Assembly: GCA_030390025.1 (NCBI GenBank)
Contig: JASTWF010000367.1
Coordinates: 124,001-188,000, forward strand
From: Squalus acanthias
Lineage: Eukaryota
Reading direction: 5' to 3'
Length of the DNA: 64,000 bases
The position numbers and the translations under genes are program-made. Shown in pieces: positions 15,001 to 30,000 of the stretch (position 1 is its first letter; the number at the start of each line of letters is the position of its first letter). The notes under the pieces were generated by a model. That model was given only the letters and a program-made list of their open reading frames with translations. It searched no databases and had not been told where the DNA came from.

Positions 15001-18000
15001 CCGATTCACTGCCCATTACTGTTAATAACCCACCTAGTCTAATCCCAACCTCCTGCTCACTGCCTATTACCGTTAATATCTCACCTAGTCTAACTCCTAA
15101 CACCTGCTCACGACCCATTACCATTAATATCCCACGGAGTCTAATCCCAACCTCCTGCTCACTGCCCATTACCGTTAATATCCCACCGAGTCTAATTCCA
15201 AACACCTGCTCAATGCCCATTACCGTTAATATCCCACCTTGTCTAATCCCAACCTCCTGCTCACTACCCATTGCCGTTAATATCCCACCTAGTCTAATTC
15301 CAAACACCTGCTCACTGCCCATTACCGTTAATATCCCACCTAGTCTAATCCCAACCTCTTGCTCACTACCAATTACTGTTAATATCCCACCTACTGTAAT
15401 CCCAAATTCCTGCTCACTGCCCATTACCGTTAATACCCCACCTAGTCTAATCCCAACCTCCTGCTCACTGCCCATTACCGTTAATATCCCACCGAGTCTA
15501 ATCACTACCTCCTGCTCAATACCCATTACCATTAATATCCCACGTAGTCCAGTCCCAAACTCCAGCTCACTGCCCATTTCTGTTAATATCCCACCTAGTC
15601 TAATCACAAGCTCCTGCGCACTACCCATTACCATTAATATCTCACCTAGTTTAATCCCAACCTTCTGCTCACTACCATTACCGTTAATATCCCACCGAGT
15701 CTGATCCCAACCTCCTGCTCACTGCCCATTACCATTTATATCTCACCTAGTTTCCCAACCTCCTGCTCACTGCCCATTACCGTTATTATCCCACCTAGTC
15801 TAATCCTAACCTCCTGCTCACAACCCATTACTGTTAATATGCCACCTAGTCTATTCCCAACTGTCTGCTCCCTACCCATTACCGTTAATATCCCACCTAG
15901 TCTAATCTCAACCACCTGCTCGCTACCCATTACCGTTAATATCCCAACTAGTCGAATCCCAGCCTCCAGCTCGCTTCCCATTACCGTTATTATCCCACCT
16001 TGTCGAATCCTAACCTCCTGCTCAATGACCATTACCGTTAATATCCCACCTCGTCTAATCGCAAACTCCCACCTACTGCCCATTACCGTTAATATCCCAT
16101 CTTGTCTAATCCCAACCTCCTGCTCATTACCCATTACTTTTAATATCCCACCTAGTCTAATCCCAACCTCCTGCTCATTACCCATTACCGTTAATATCCC
16201 ACCTAGTCTAATCCCAACCTCTTGCTCACTACCCATTACGGTTAATATCCCACCTAGTCTAATCCCAGCCTCCTGCTCACTACTCATTACCATTAATATC
16301 CCACCTAATCTTATACCAAGCTACTGCTCACTGCCCATTATCGTTAATATCCCGCCTAGTCTAATCCCAACCTCCTGCTCACTACCCATTACCGTTAATA
16401 TCCCAACTAGTCTAATCCCAACCTCCAGCTCACTGCCCATTACCGGTAATATCTCACCCAGTCTAATCCCAACATCCTGCTCACTACCCATTACAGTTAA
16501 TATCCCACCTAGTCTAATCCCAACCATCTGCTCACTACCCATTACCGTTAATATCCCACCGAGTCTCATCCCAACCTCCTGCTCACTGCCCATTACCGTT
16601 AATATCACACCTAGTCTAATCCCAACCTCCTGCTCACTACCCATTACCATTAATATCTCACCGAGTCTAATCCCAACCTCCTGCTCACTGCCCATTACCG
16701 TTAATATCCCACCTAGTTAAATCCCAACCTCCTGCTCACTGCCCATTACCGTAAATATCCGACCTAGTCTAATCCCAACCTCTTGCTCACTACCAATTAC
16801 TGTTAATATCCCAACTACTGTAATCCCAAATTCCTGCTCACTGCCCATTACCGTTAATACCCCACCTAGTTTAATCCCAACCTCCTGCTCACTGCCCATT
16901 ACCGTTAATATCCCACCTCGTCTAATCCCAACCTCATGCTCACTGCCCATTACCGTTAATATCCCACCGAGTCTAATCCTAACCTCCTACTCACTGCCCA
17001 TTACTGTTAATATCCCACATAGTCGAATCCCAACCTCCTGCTCACTAATCATTACCGTTAATATCCCACCGAGTCTAATCCCAACCTCCTGCTCACTGCC
17101 CATTACCGTTAATATCCCACCTAGTCTAATCCCAACCTCCTGCTCGCTACCCATTACCGTTAATATCCCACCGAGTCTAATCCCAACCTCCTGCTCACTG
17201 CCCATTACCGTTAATATCACACCTAGTCTAATCCCAACCTCCTGCTCACTACCCATTACCATTAATATCTCACCGAGTCTAATCCCAACCTCCTGCTCAC
17301 TGCCCATTACCGTTAATATCCCACCTAGTTAAATCCCAACCTCCTGCTCACTGCCCATTACCGTTAATATCCGACCTAGTCTAATCCCAACCTCTTGCTC
17401 ACTACCAATTACTGTTAATATCCCACCTACTGTAATCCCAAATTCCTGCTCACTGCCCATTACCGTTAATACCCCACCTAGTCTAATCCCAACCTCCTGC
17501 TCACTGCCCATTACCGTTAATATCCCACCGAGTCTAATCACTACCTCCTGCTCAATACCCATTACCATTAATATCCCACGTATTCTAATCCCAAACTCCA
17601 GCTCACTGCCCATTTCTGTTAATATCCCACCTCGTCTAATCCCAACCTCCTGCTCACTGCCCATTACCATTAATATCCCACCTAGTCTAATCCCAACCTC
17701 CTGCTCACTGCCCATTTCCGTTAATATCCCACCTAGTCTAATCCCAACCTCCTGCTCATTACCCATTACTGTTAATATACCACCTAGTCTAATCCTAACC
17801 TCCTGACCACTGCACATTACCGTTAATATCCTAGCTAGTCTAATCCCAACCTCCTGCTCACTGCCCATTACCGTTAATATCCCACCTAGTCTAATTCCAA
17901 CCTCCTGCTCACTACCCATTACCGTTAATATCCCACCTAGTCTAATCCCAACCTCCTGCTCACTGCCCATTGCCGTTAATATCCCACCTAGTCTAATCCC

Positions 18001-21000
18001 AACTTCCTGCTCACTAGCCATTACTGTTAATATCCCACCTAGTCTAATCCCAATCCTGCTCACTAACCATTACTGTTAATATCCCACCTAGTCTAATCCC
18101 AATTTCCTGCTCACTAGCCTTTACTGTTAATATCCCACCTAGTCTAATCCCAACCTCCTGCTCACTACCCATTCCCATTAATATCTCACCGAGTCTAATC
18201 CCAACCTCCTGCTCACTGCCCATTACGGTTAATATCCCACCTAGTCTAATCCCAACCTCCTGCTCACTACCCATTACCGTTAATATCCCACCGAGTCTAA
18301 TCCCAACCTCCTGCTCACTGCCCATTACCGTTAGTATCCCACCTAGTCTAATCCCAACCTACTGCTCACTACCCATTCCCGTTAAAATCACACCTAGTCT
18401 AATCCCAACCTCCTGCTCACTACCCATTCCCGTTAATATCCCACCTAGTCTAATCCCAACCCCCTGCTCACTGCCCATTCCCGTTAAAATCACACCTAGT
18501 CTAATCCCAACCTCCTGCTCACTACCCATTACCGTTAAAATCCCACCTAGTCTAATCCGAATCTCCTACTCACTACCTATTACCGTTAATATCTCACCTA
18601 GTCTAATCCCAACCACCTGCTCACTACCCATTACTGTTAATATCCCACCTAGTCTAATCACAAGCTCCTGCGCACTACCCATTACCATTAATATCTCACC
18701 TAGTTTATTCCCAACCTTCTGCTCACTACCATTACCGTTAATATCCCACCGAGTCTAATCCCAACCGCCTGCTCACTGCCCATTACCATTAATATCTCAC
18801 CTTGTTTCCCAACCTCCTGCTCACTGCCCATTACCGTTATTATCCCACCTAGTCTAATCCTAACCTCCTGCTCAATGACCATTACCGTTAATATCCCACC
18901 TCGTCTAATCGCAAACTCCCACCTACTGCCCATTACCGTTAATATCCCATCTTCTCTAATCCCAACCTCCTGCTCATTACCCATTACCGTTAATATCCCA
19001 ACTAGTCGAATCCCAGCCTCCAGCTCACTTCCCATTACCGTTATTATCCCACCCAGTCTAATCCTAACCTCCTGCTCAATGACCATTACCATTAATATCC
19101 CACCTCGTCTAATCGCAAACTCCCACCTACTGCCCATTACCGTTAATATCCCATCTTGTCTAATCACAACCTCCTGCTCATTACCCATTACTTTTAATAT
19201 CCCACCTAGTCTAATCCCAACCTCCTGCTCATTACCCATTACCGTTAATATCCCACCTAGTCTAATCCCAACCTCCTGCTCACTACCCATTACAGTTAAT
19301 ATCCCACCTAGTCTAATCCCAACCTCCTGCTCACTACTCATTACCATTAATATCCCAGCTAATCTTATACCAAGCTACTGCTCACTGCCCATTATCGTTA
19401 ATATCCCGCCTAGTCTAATCCCAAACTCCTGCTCACTACACATTACCGTTAATATCCCAACTAGTCTAATCCCAACCTCCTGCTCACTGCCCATTACCGG
19501 TAATATCTCACCTAGTCTAATCCCAACATCCTGCTCACTACCCATTACAGTTAATATCCCACCTAGTCTAATCCCAACCACCTGCTCACTACCCATTACC
19601 GTTAATATCCCAACTAGTCTAATCCCAGCCTCCAGCTCACTACCCATTACCGTTAATATCCCACCTAGTCTAATCCCAACCTCCTGCTCACTGCCCATTA
19701 CCGTTAATATCCCACCTCGTCTAATCCCAACCTCCCACCTACTGCCCATTACCTTTAATATCCCACCTAGTCTAATCCCAACCTCTTGCTCACTACCCAT
19801 TACCGTTAATATCCCACCTAGTCTAATCCCAACCTCCTGCTCACTGCCCATTACCGTTAATATCCCACCGAGTCTAATCCTAACCTCCTGCTCACTGCCC
19901 ATTACTGTTAATATCCCACATAGTCTAATCCCAACCTCCTGCTCACTAACCATTACCGTTAATATCCCACCTAGTCTAATCCCAACCTCCTGCTCACTGC
20001 CCATTACCGTTAATATCACACCTAGTCTAATCCCAACCTCCTGCTCACTACCCATTACCATTAATATCTCACCGAGTCTAATCCCAACCTCCTGCTCACT
20101 GCCCATTACCGTTAATATCCCACCTAGTCTAATCCCAACCCCTGCTCACTACCCATTACCGTTAATATCCCACCGAGTCTAATCCCAACCTCCTGCTCAC
20201 TGCCCATTACCGTTAATATCCCACCTAGTCAAATCCCAACCTCCCGCTCACTACCCATTACCATTAATATCTCACCAATTTAATCCCAACCTCCTGCTCA
20301 CTGCCCATTACCGTTAATATCCCACCTAGTCTAATCCAACCTACTGCTCACAACCCATTCCCGTTAAAATCACACCAAGTCTAATCCCAACCTCCTGCTC
20401 ACTACCCATTACCGTTAATATTCCACCTAGTCTAATTTCAAACTCCTGCTAACTGCCCATTACCGTTAATATCCCACCTCGTCTAATCCCAACCACCTGC
20501 TCACTACCCATTACTGTTAATATCCCACCTAATCTAATCCCAACCTCCTGCTCATTACCCATTACCGTTAATATCCCACCTAGTCTAATCCCAACCTCCT
20601 GCTCACTAACCATTACTGATAAAATCCCACCTAATCAAATCCCAACCTCCTGCTCACTGCCCATTACCGTTAATATCCCACCTAGTCTAATCCCAACCTC
20701 CTGCTCACTCCCCATTACTGTTAATATCCCACCTACTCTAATCCCAACCTCCTGCTCATTACCCATTACCGCTAATATCCCACCTATTCAAATCCCAACC
20801 ACCTGCTCACTACCCATTACCGTTAAAACCCCACCTAGTCTAATCCCAATCTCCTGCTCACTACCCATTACCGTTAATATCTCACCTAGTCTAATCCCAA
20901 ACTCCAGCTCACTGCCCATTACCGTTAATATCACACCTAGTCTAATCCCAACCTCCTGCTCACTACCCATTACCGTTAAAATCCCACCTAGTCTAATCCG

Positions 21001-24000
21001 AATCTCCTGCTCACTACCTATTACCGTTAATATCTCACCTAGTCTAATCCCAACCACCTGCTCACTACCCATTACTGTTAATATCCCACCTAATCTAATC
21101 CCAACCTCCTGCTCATTACCCATTACCTTTAATATCCCACCTAGTCTAATCCCAACCTCCTGCTCACTGCCCATTACTGATAAAATCCCACCTAATCAAA
21201 TCCCAACCTCCTGCTCACTGCCCATTACCGTTAATATCCCACCTAGTCTAATCCCAACCTCCTGCTCACTACCTATTACCGTTAATATCTTACCTAGTCT
21301 AATCCCAACCTCCTGCTCACTGCCCATTACCGTTAATATCTCACCTAGTCTAATCCGAACCTCCTGCTCACTGCCCATTACCGTTAATAGCCCATCTAGT
21401 CTAATCCCAACCCCCTGCTCATTAGCCATTTCCGTTAACATTCCACCTAGTCTAATCCCAACCCGCTGCTCACAACCCATTACCGTTAATATCGCATCTA
21501 GTCTAATCCCAACATCCTGCTCACTACCCATTACCATTAATATCCCACCTAGTCTAATCCCAACCTCCTGCTCACTGCCCATTTCCGTTAATATCCCACC
21601 TAGTCTAATCCCAACCTCCTGCTCATTACCCATTACTGTTAATATACCACCTAGTCTAATCCTAACCTCCTGAACACTGCACATTACCGTTAATATCCTA
21701 GCTAGTCTAATCCCAACCTCCTGCTCACTGCCCATTACCGTTAATATCCCACCTAGTCTAATTCCAAACTCCTGCTCACTACCCATTACCGTTAATATCC
21801 CACCTAGTCTAATCCCAACCTCCTGCTCACTGCCCATTGCCGTTAATATCCCACCTAGTCTTATCCCAATTTCCTGCTCACTAGCCATTACTGTTAATAT
21901 CCCACCTAGTCTAATCCCAACCTCCTGCTCACTACCCATTACTGTTAATATCCCACCTAGTCTTATCCCAATTTCCTGCTCACTAGCCATTACTGTTAAT
22001 ATCCCACCTAGTCTAATCCCAACCTCCTGCTCACTACCCATTCCCATTAATATCTCACCGAGTCTAATCCCAACCTCCTGCTCACTGCCTATTACCGTTA
22101 ATATCCCACCTAGTCTAATCCCAACCTCCTGCTCACTACCCATTACCGTTAATATCCCACCGAGTCTAATCCCAACCTCCTGCTCACTGCCCATTACCGT
22201 TAGTATCCCACCTAGTCTAATCCCAACCTACTGCTCACTACCCATTCCCGTTAAAATCCCACCTAGTCTAATCCCAACCCCCTGCTCACTGCCCATTCCC
22301 GTTAAAATCACACCTAGTCTAATCCCAACCGCCTGCTCACTACCCATTAACATTAATATCCCACCGAGTCCAAACCCAACCTCTTGCTCACTAACCATTA
22401 CCGTTAATATTCCACCTAGTCTAATTTCAAACTCCTGCAAACTGCCCATTACCGTTAATATCCCACCTCGTCTAATCCCAACCTCCTGCTCACTACACAT
22501 TACTGTTAATATCCCACCTAATCTAATCCCAACCTCCTGCTCACTACCCATTACTGTTAATATCATACCTACTATTATCCCAACCTCCTGCTCATTAGCC
22601 ATTACCGTTAATATCCAAACTAGTCTAATCCAAAACTTCTTCTCACTAACCATTATTGTTAATATCCAACCTAGTCTAATCCAAAACTCCTGTTCACTGC
22701 CCATTACAGTTAATATCCCACCTAGTCAAATCCCATCCTCCTGCTAATTCCACATTACCGTTAATATCCCATCTAGTCTAATCCCAACCTCCTGCTCATT
22801 ACCCAGTACCACTAATATCCCACCTAGTCAAATCCCAACCTCCTCCTCACTGCCCATTACCGTTAATATCCCACCTAGTCTAATCCCAACCACCTGCTCA
22901 CTACCCATTACCGTTTAAATCCCACCTAGTCTAATCCCAATCTCCTGCTCACTACCCATTACCGTTAATATCTCACCTAGTCTAATCCCAACCTGCTGCT
23001 CACAACCCATTACCGTTAATATCGCATCTAGTCTAATCCCAACCACCTGCTCACTACCCATTACCATTAATATCCCACCTAGACTAATCCCAACCTCCTG
23101 CTCACTGCCCATTACCGTTAATATCCCACCTAGTCTAATCCCAACCTCCTGCTCATTACCCATTACTGTTAATATACCACCTAGTATAATCCCAACCTCC
23201 TGAACACTGCACATTACAGTTAATATCCTAGCTAGTCTAATCCCAACCTCCTGCTCACTGCCCATTAACGTTAATATCCCACCTAGTCTAATCCCAACCT
23301 CCTGCTCATTACCCAGTACCACTAATATCCCACCTAGTCAAATCCCAACCTATCCTCACTGCCCATTACCGTTAATATCCCACCTAGTCTAACCCCAACC
23401 ACCTGCTCACTACCCATTACCGTTAAAATCCCACCTAGTCTAATCCCAATCTCCTGCTCACTACCCATTACCTTTAATAACTCACCTACTCTAATCCCAA
23501 CCTCCTGCTCACTGCCCATTACCGTTAATATCACACCTAGTCTAATCCCAACCACCCTCCTACTGCCCATTACCGTTAATATCCCATCTAGTCTAATCCC
23601 AAACCCTGCTCATTACCCATTTCCGTTAATATCCCACCTAGTGAAATCCCAACCTCCTGCTCACTACCCATTACCGTTAATATCGCATCTAGTCTAATCC
23701 CAACCTCCTGCTCACTACGCATTGCCATTAATATCCCACCTAGTCTAATTCCAAACAGCTGCTCACTTCCCATTACCGTTAATATCCCAGCTAGCCTAAT
23801 CCCAACCACCTGCTCACTACCATTTACTGTTAATATCCCACCTAGTCTAATCCCAACCTTCTGCTCACTGCCCATTACCGTTAATATCCCACCTAGTCTC
23901 ATCCCAACCTCTTGCTCACTGCCCATTACCATCAATATCCCACCTAGTCTAATTCCAAACACCTGCTCACTGCCCATTACCGTTAATATCCCACCTAGTC

Positions 24001-27000
24001 TCATCCCAACCTCCTGCTCACTACCCATTTCCATTAATATCTCACCTAGTTTAATCCCAACCACCTGCTCACTCCCCATTACCGTTAATAACCCACCGAG
24101 TTTAATCCCAACCTCCTGCTCACCGTCCATTACCGTTAATATCCCACTTACTCAAATCCCAACCTCCTGCTCACTAACCATTACCATTAATATCTCATCT
24201 AGTTTAATCCCAACCTCCTGCTAACTCCGCATTACCGTTAATATCCCACCTAGTTTAATCCCAACCTCCTGTTCACTCCGCATTACCGATAATATCATAC
24301 CTAGTCTAATCCCAACCTCCTGCTCACTACCCATTATGGTGAATTTCCCACCAAGTCTAATCCCAACCTCCTGCTCACTACCCATTACCGTTAATATGCC
24401 ACCCAGTCTAATGCCAACTGTCTGTTCTCTACCCATTACCGTTAATATCCCACCTAGTCTAATCCCAACCACATGCTCACTAACCATTACCGTTCATATC
24501 CCAACTAGTGTAATCCCAGCCTCCTGCTCACTACCCATTACCGTTAATATCCCACCTAGTCTAATCCCAACCTCCTGCTCACTGACCCATTACCGTTAAT
24601 ATCCCACCTCGTCTAAACCCAACCTCCCACCTACTGCCCATTACCTTTAATATCCCATCTAGTCTAATCCCAACCTCCTGCTCATTACCCATTACTGTTA
24701 ATATCCCACCTAGTCTAATCCCAACCTCCTGCTCATTACCCATTCCCATTAATATCCCACCTAGTCTAATCCCAACGTCCTGCTCACTACCCATTACCGT
24801 TAATATCCCATCGAGTCTAATCCCAACCTTCTGCTCATTACCCATTACCGTTAATATCCCACCTAGTCTAATCCCAACCTCCTGCTCACTGCCCTTTACA
24901 GTTAATATCACACTTAGTCTAATCCCAAACAGCTGCTCACTGCCCATTACTGTTAATATCCCACCTAGTCTAATCCCAACCTCCTGCTCACTACCCATTA
25001 TCGTTAATATCCCACCTAGTCTTATCCCAACCTCCTGCTCACTACCAATTATCGTGAATTTCCCACCAAGTCTCATCCCAACCTCCTGCTCACTACCCAT
25101 TACCGCTAAAATCACACCTAGTCTAATCCCAACCTCCTGCTCACTACCCATTACCGTTAATATCCCATCGAGTCTAATCCCAACCTTCTGCTCATTACCC
25201 ATTACCGTTAATATCCCACCTAGTCTAATCCCAACCTCCTGCTCACTGCCCTTTACAGTTAATATCACACTTAGTCTAATCCCAAACAGCTGCTCACTGC
25301 CCATTACTGTTAATATCCCACCTAGTCTAATCCCAAACAGCTGCTCACTGTCCATGATCGTTAATATCCCACCTAGTCTAAACCCAACCTCTTGCTCACT
25401 ACCCATTACCGTTAATATCACACCTAATCTAATCAGAACCTCCTGCTCACTAACCATTACCGTTAATATACCACCGAGTCTAATCCCAACATCCTGCTCA
25501 CTCCCCATTTCCGTTAATATCCCACCTAGTTTAATCCCAACCTCCTGCTCACTACCCAATACCGTTCATATCCCAACTAGTCTAATCCCAACGTTCTGCT
25601 CACTGCCCATTACCGTTAATATCCCACCTCGTCTAACCCCAACCTCCCACCCACTGCCCATTACCGTTAATATCCAATCTAGTCTAATATCAACCTCCTG
25701 CTCATTACCCATTCCTGTTAATATCCCACCTAGTCTAATATCAACCTCCTGCTCATTACCCATTCCTGTTAATATCCCACCTAGTCTAATCACAACCTCC
25801 TGCTCATTACCCATTACCATTAATATCCCACCTAGTCTAATCCCAACGTCCTGCTCACGACCCATTACCGTTAATATCCCATCGAGTCTAATCCCAACCT
25901 CCTGCTCACTACCCATTACCGCTAAAATCACACCTAGTCTAATCCCAACCTCCTGCTCACTACCCATTACCGTTAATATGCCACCCAGTCTAATGCCAAC
26001 TGTCTGCTCTCTACCCATTACCGTTAATATCCCACCTAGTCTAATCCCAACCACCTGCTCACTACTCATTACCGTTCATATCCCAACTAGTGTAATCCCA
26101 GCCTCCTGCTCACTGCCCATTACCGTTGATATCCCATCGAGTCAAATCCCAATTTCTGCTCATTACCCATTACCGTTAATATCCCACCTAGTCTAATCCC
26201 AACCTCCTGCTCACTGCCCTTTACAGTTAATATCACACTTAGTCTAATCCCAAACAGCTGCTCACTGTCCATGATCGTTAATATCCCACCTAGTCTAAAC
26301 CCAACCTCTTGCTCACTACCCATTACCGTTAATATCACACCTAATCTAATCAGAACCTCCTGCTCACTAACCATTACCGTTAATATACCACCGAGTCTAA
26401 TCCCAACATCCTGCTCACTCCCCATTTCCGTTAATATCCCACCTAGTTTAATTCCAACCTCCTGCTCACTACCCAATACCGTTCATATCCCAACTAGTCT
26501 AATCCCAACCTTCTGCTCACTGCCCATTACCGTTAATATCCCACCTCGTCTAACCCCAACCTCCCACCTACTGCCCATTACCGTTAATATCCAATCTAGT
26601 CTAATATCAACCTCCTGCTCATTACCCATTCCTGTTAATATCCCACCTAGTCTAATCACAACCTCCTGCTCATTACCCATTACCATTAATATCCCACCTA
26701 GTCTAATCCCAACGTCCTGTTCACGACCCATTACCGTTAATATCCCATCGAGTCTAATCCCAACCTTCTGCTCATTACCCATTACCGTTAATATCCCACC
26801 TAGTCTAATTCCAACCTCCTGCTCACTGCCCATTACCGTTAATATCCCACCTAGTCTAATCCCAACCTCCTGCTCACTGCCCATTACCGTTAATATACCA
26901 TCTAGTCTAATCCCAACCTCCTGCTCACTGCACATTACCGATAATATCCCAGCTAGTCTAATCCCAAACTCATGCTCACTACCCATTACCGTTAATATCC

Positions 27001-30000
27001 CAGCTAGTCTAATCACGACCTCCTGCTCAATAACCATTACTGTTAATATCCCACCTAGTCTAATCCCAACCTCCTGCTCACTGCCCTTTACAGTTAATAT
27101 CACACTTAGTCTAATCCCAAGCAGCTGCTCACTGTCCATGATCGTTAATATCCCACCTAGTCTAATCCCAATATCTTGCTTACTACCCATTACCGTTAAT
27201 ATCACACCTAGTCTAATCCCAACCTCCTGCTCACTGCCCATTACCATTAATATCCCACCGAGTCTAATCCCAACCACCTGCTCATTGCCCATTACCGTTA
27301 ATATCCCACCGAGTCTAATCCCAACCTGCGGCTCACTGCCCATTACTGTTAATATCCCACCTAGTCTAATCAGAACCTCCTGCTCACTAACCATTACCGT
27401 TAATATTCCACCGAGTCTAATCCCAACCTCCTGCTCACTACCCATTAGTGTTAATATCCCACCTAGTCTAATCCCAACCTCCTGCTCACTACTCATTACC
27501 ATTAATATCTCACCTAGTTTAATCCCAACCTCCTGCTCACTACCCATTACCTTTAATATCCGACCTAATCTAATCCCAACCACCTGCTCACTACCCATTA
27601 CCGTTAATATCCCACCGAGTTTAATCCCAACCTCCTGCTGACAGCCCGTTACCGTTAATATCCCACCTAGTCAAATCCCAACATCCTGCTCACTACCCAT
27701 TACCATTAATATCTCAGCTAGTTTAATACCAACCTCCTGCTCCCTCCCCATTTCCGTTAATATCCCAACTAGTTTAATCCCAAACTCCTGCTCACTCCCC
27801 ATTACCGTTAATATCCCACCTAGTCTAATCCCAACCTCCTGCTCACTACCCATTATCGTTAATATCCCACCTAGTCTTATCCCAACCTCCTGCTCACTCC
27901 CCATTACCGTTAATATCACACCTAGTCTAATCCCAACCTCCTGCTCACTACCCATTACCGTTAATATCCCACCTAGTCTAATCCCAACCTCCTGCTCACT
28001 GCCCATTACCGCTAAAATCCCACCTAGTCTAATCCCAACATCCTGCTCACTACCCATTACAGTTAATATTACACCTAGTCTAATGCCAACCTCCTGCTCA
28101 CTGCCCATTACCGTTAACATCCCAACTAGTCTAATCCCAAACTCCTGCTCACTCCCCATTACCGCTAAAATCACACCTAGTCTAATCCCAACCTCCTGCT
28201 CACTACCCATTACCGTTAACATGCCACTTAGTCTAATCCCAACTGTCTGCTCTCTACCCATTACCTTAATATCCCACCTAGTCTAATCCCAACCACCTGC
28301 TCACTACCCATTACCTTTAATATCCCAACTAGTCTAATCCCAGCCTCCTGCTCACTACCCATTACCGTTAATATCCCACCTAGTCTAAACACAACCACCT
28401 TCTCACTACCCATTACCGTTAATATCCCACCTCGTCTAATCCCAACCTCTCACCTACTGCCCATTACAGTTAATATCCCATCTAGTCTAATCCCAACCTC
28501 CTGCTCATTACCCATTACTGTTAATATCCCACCTAGACTAATCCCAACCTACTGCTCATTACCCATTACCTTTAATATCCCACCTAGTCGAATTCCAACG
28601 TCCTGCTCACTACCCATTACCGTTAATATCCCATCGTATCTAATCCCAACTTCTGCTCATTACCCATTACCGTTAATATCCCACCTAGTCTAATCCCAAC
28701 CTCTTGCTCACTACCCATTACCGTTAATATACCACCGAGTCTAATCCCACCCTCCTGCTCACTACCCATTACCATTAATATCTCACCTAGTCAAATCTCA
28801 ACATCCTGCTCACTACCCATTACCATTAATATCTCACCTAGTTTAATCCCAACATCCTGCTCACTCCCCATTTCCGTTAATATCCCACCTAGTTTAATCC
28901 CAACCTCCTGCTCACTACCCAATACCGATCATATCCCAACTAGTCTAATCCCATCCTCCTGCTCACTACACATTACCGTTAATATCCCACCTCGTCTAAA
29001 CCCAACCTTCTGCTCACTGCCCATTTCCGTTAATATCCCACCTCGTCTAACCCCAACCTCCCACCTACTGCCCATTACCGTTAATATCCAATCTAGTCTA
29101 ATATCAACCTCCTGCTCATTACCCATTACTGTTAATATCCCACCTAGTCTAATCACAACCTCCTGCTCATTACCCATTACCATTAATATCCCACCTAGTC
29201 TAATCCCAACATCCTGCTCACTACCCATTACCATTAATATCTCAGCTAGTTTAATACCAACCTCCTGCTCACTCCCCATTTCCGTTAATATCCCAACTAG
29301 TTTAATCCCAACCTCCTGCTCACTCCCCATTACCGTTAATATCCCACCTAGTCTAATCCCAACCTCCTGCTCACTACCCATTATCGTTAATATCCCACCT
29401 AGTCTTATCCCAAACTCCTGCTCACTCCCCACTACCGTTAATATCACACCTAGTCTAATCCCAACCTCCTGCTCACTACACATTACCGTTAATATCCCAC
29501 CTAGTCTAATCCAAACCTCCAGCTCACTGCCCATTACCATTAATATCCCACCTAGTCTAATCCCAACGTCCTGCTCACGACCCATTACCGTTAATATCCC
29601 ATCGAGTCTAATCCCAACCTTCCGCTCATTACCCATTACCGTTAATATCCTACCTAGTCTAATTCCAACCTCCTGCTCACTGCCCATTACCGTTAATATC
29701 CCACCTAGTCTAATCCCAACCTCCTGCTCAGTGCCCATTGCCGTTAATATACCATCTAGTCTAATCCCAACCTCCTGCTCACTGAACATTACCGTTAATA
29801 TCCCACCTAGTCTAATCCCAACCTCCTGCTCACTACCCATTATTGTTAATATCCCACCTAGTCTAATCCCAACCTCCTGCTCACTACCCATTACCATTAA
29901 TATCTCACCTAGTTTAATCCCAACCTCCTGCTCACTACCCATTACCTTTAATATCCCACCTAATCTAATCCCAACCACCTGCTCACTACCCATTACCGTT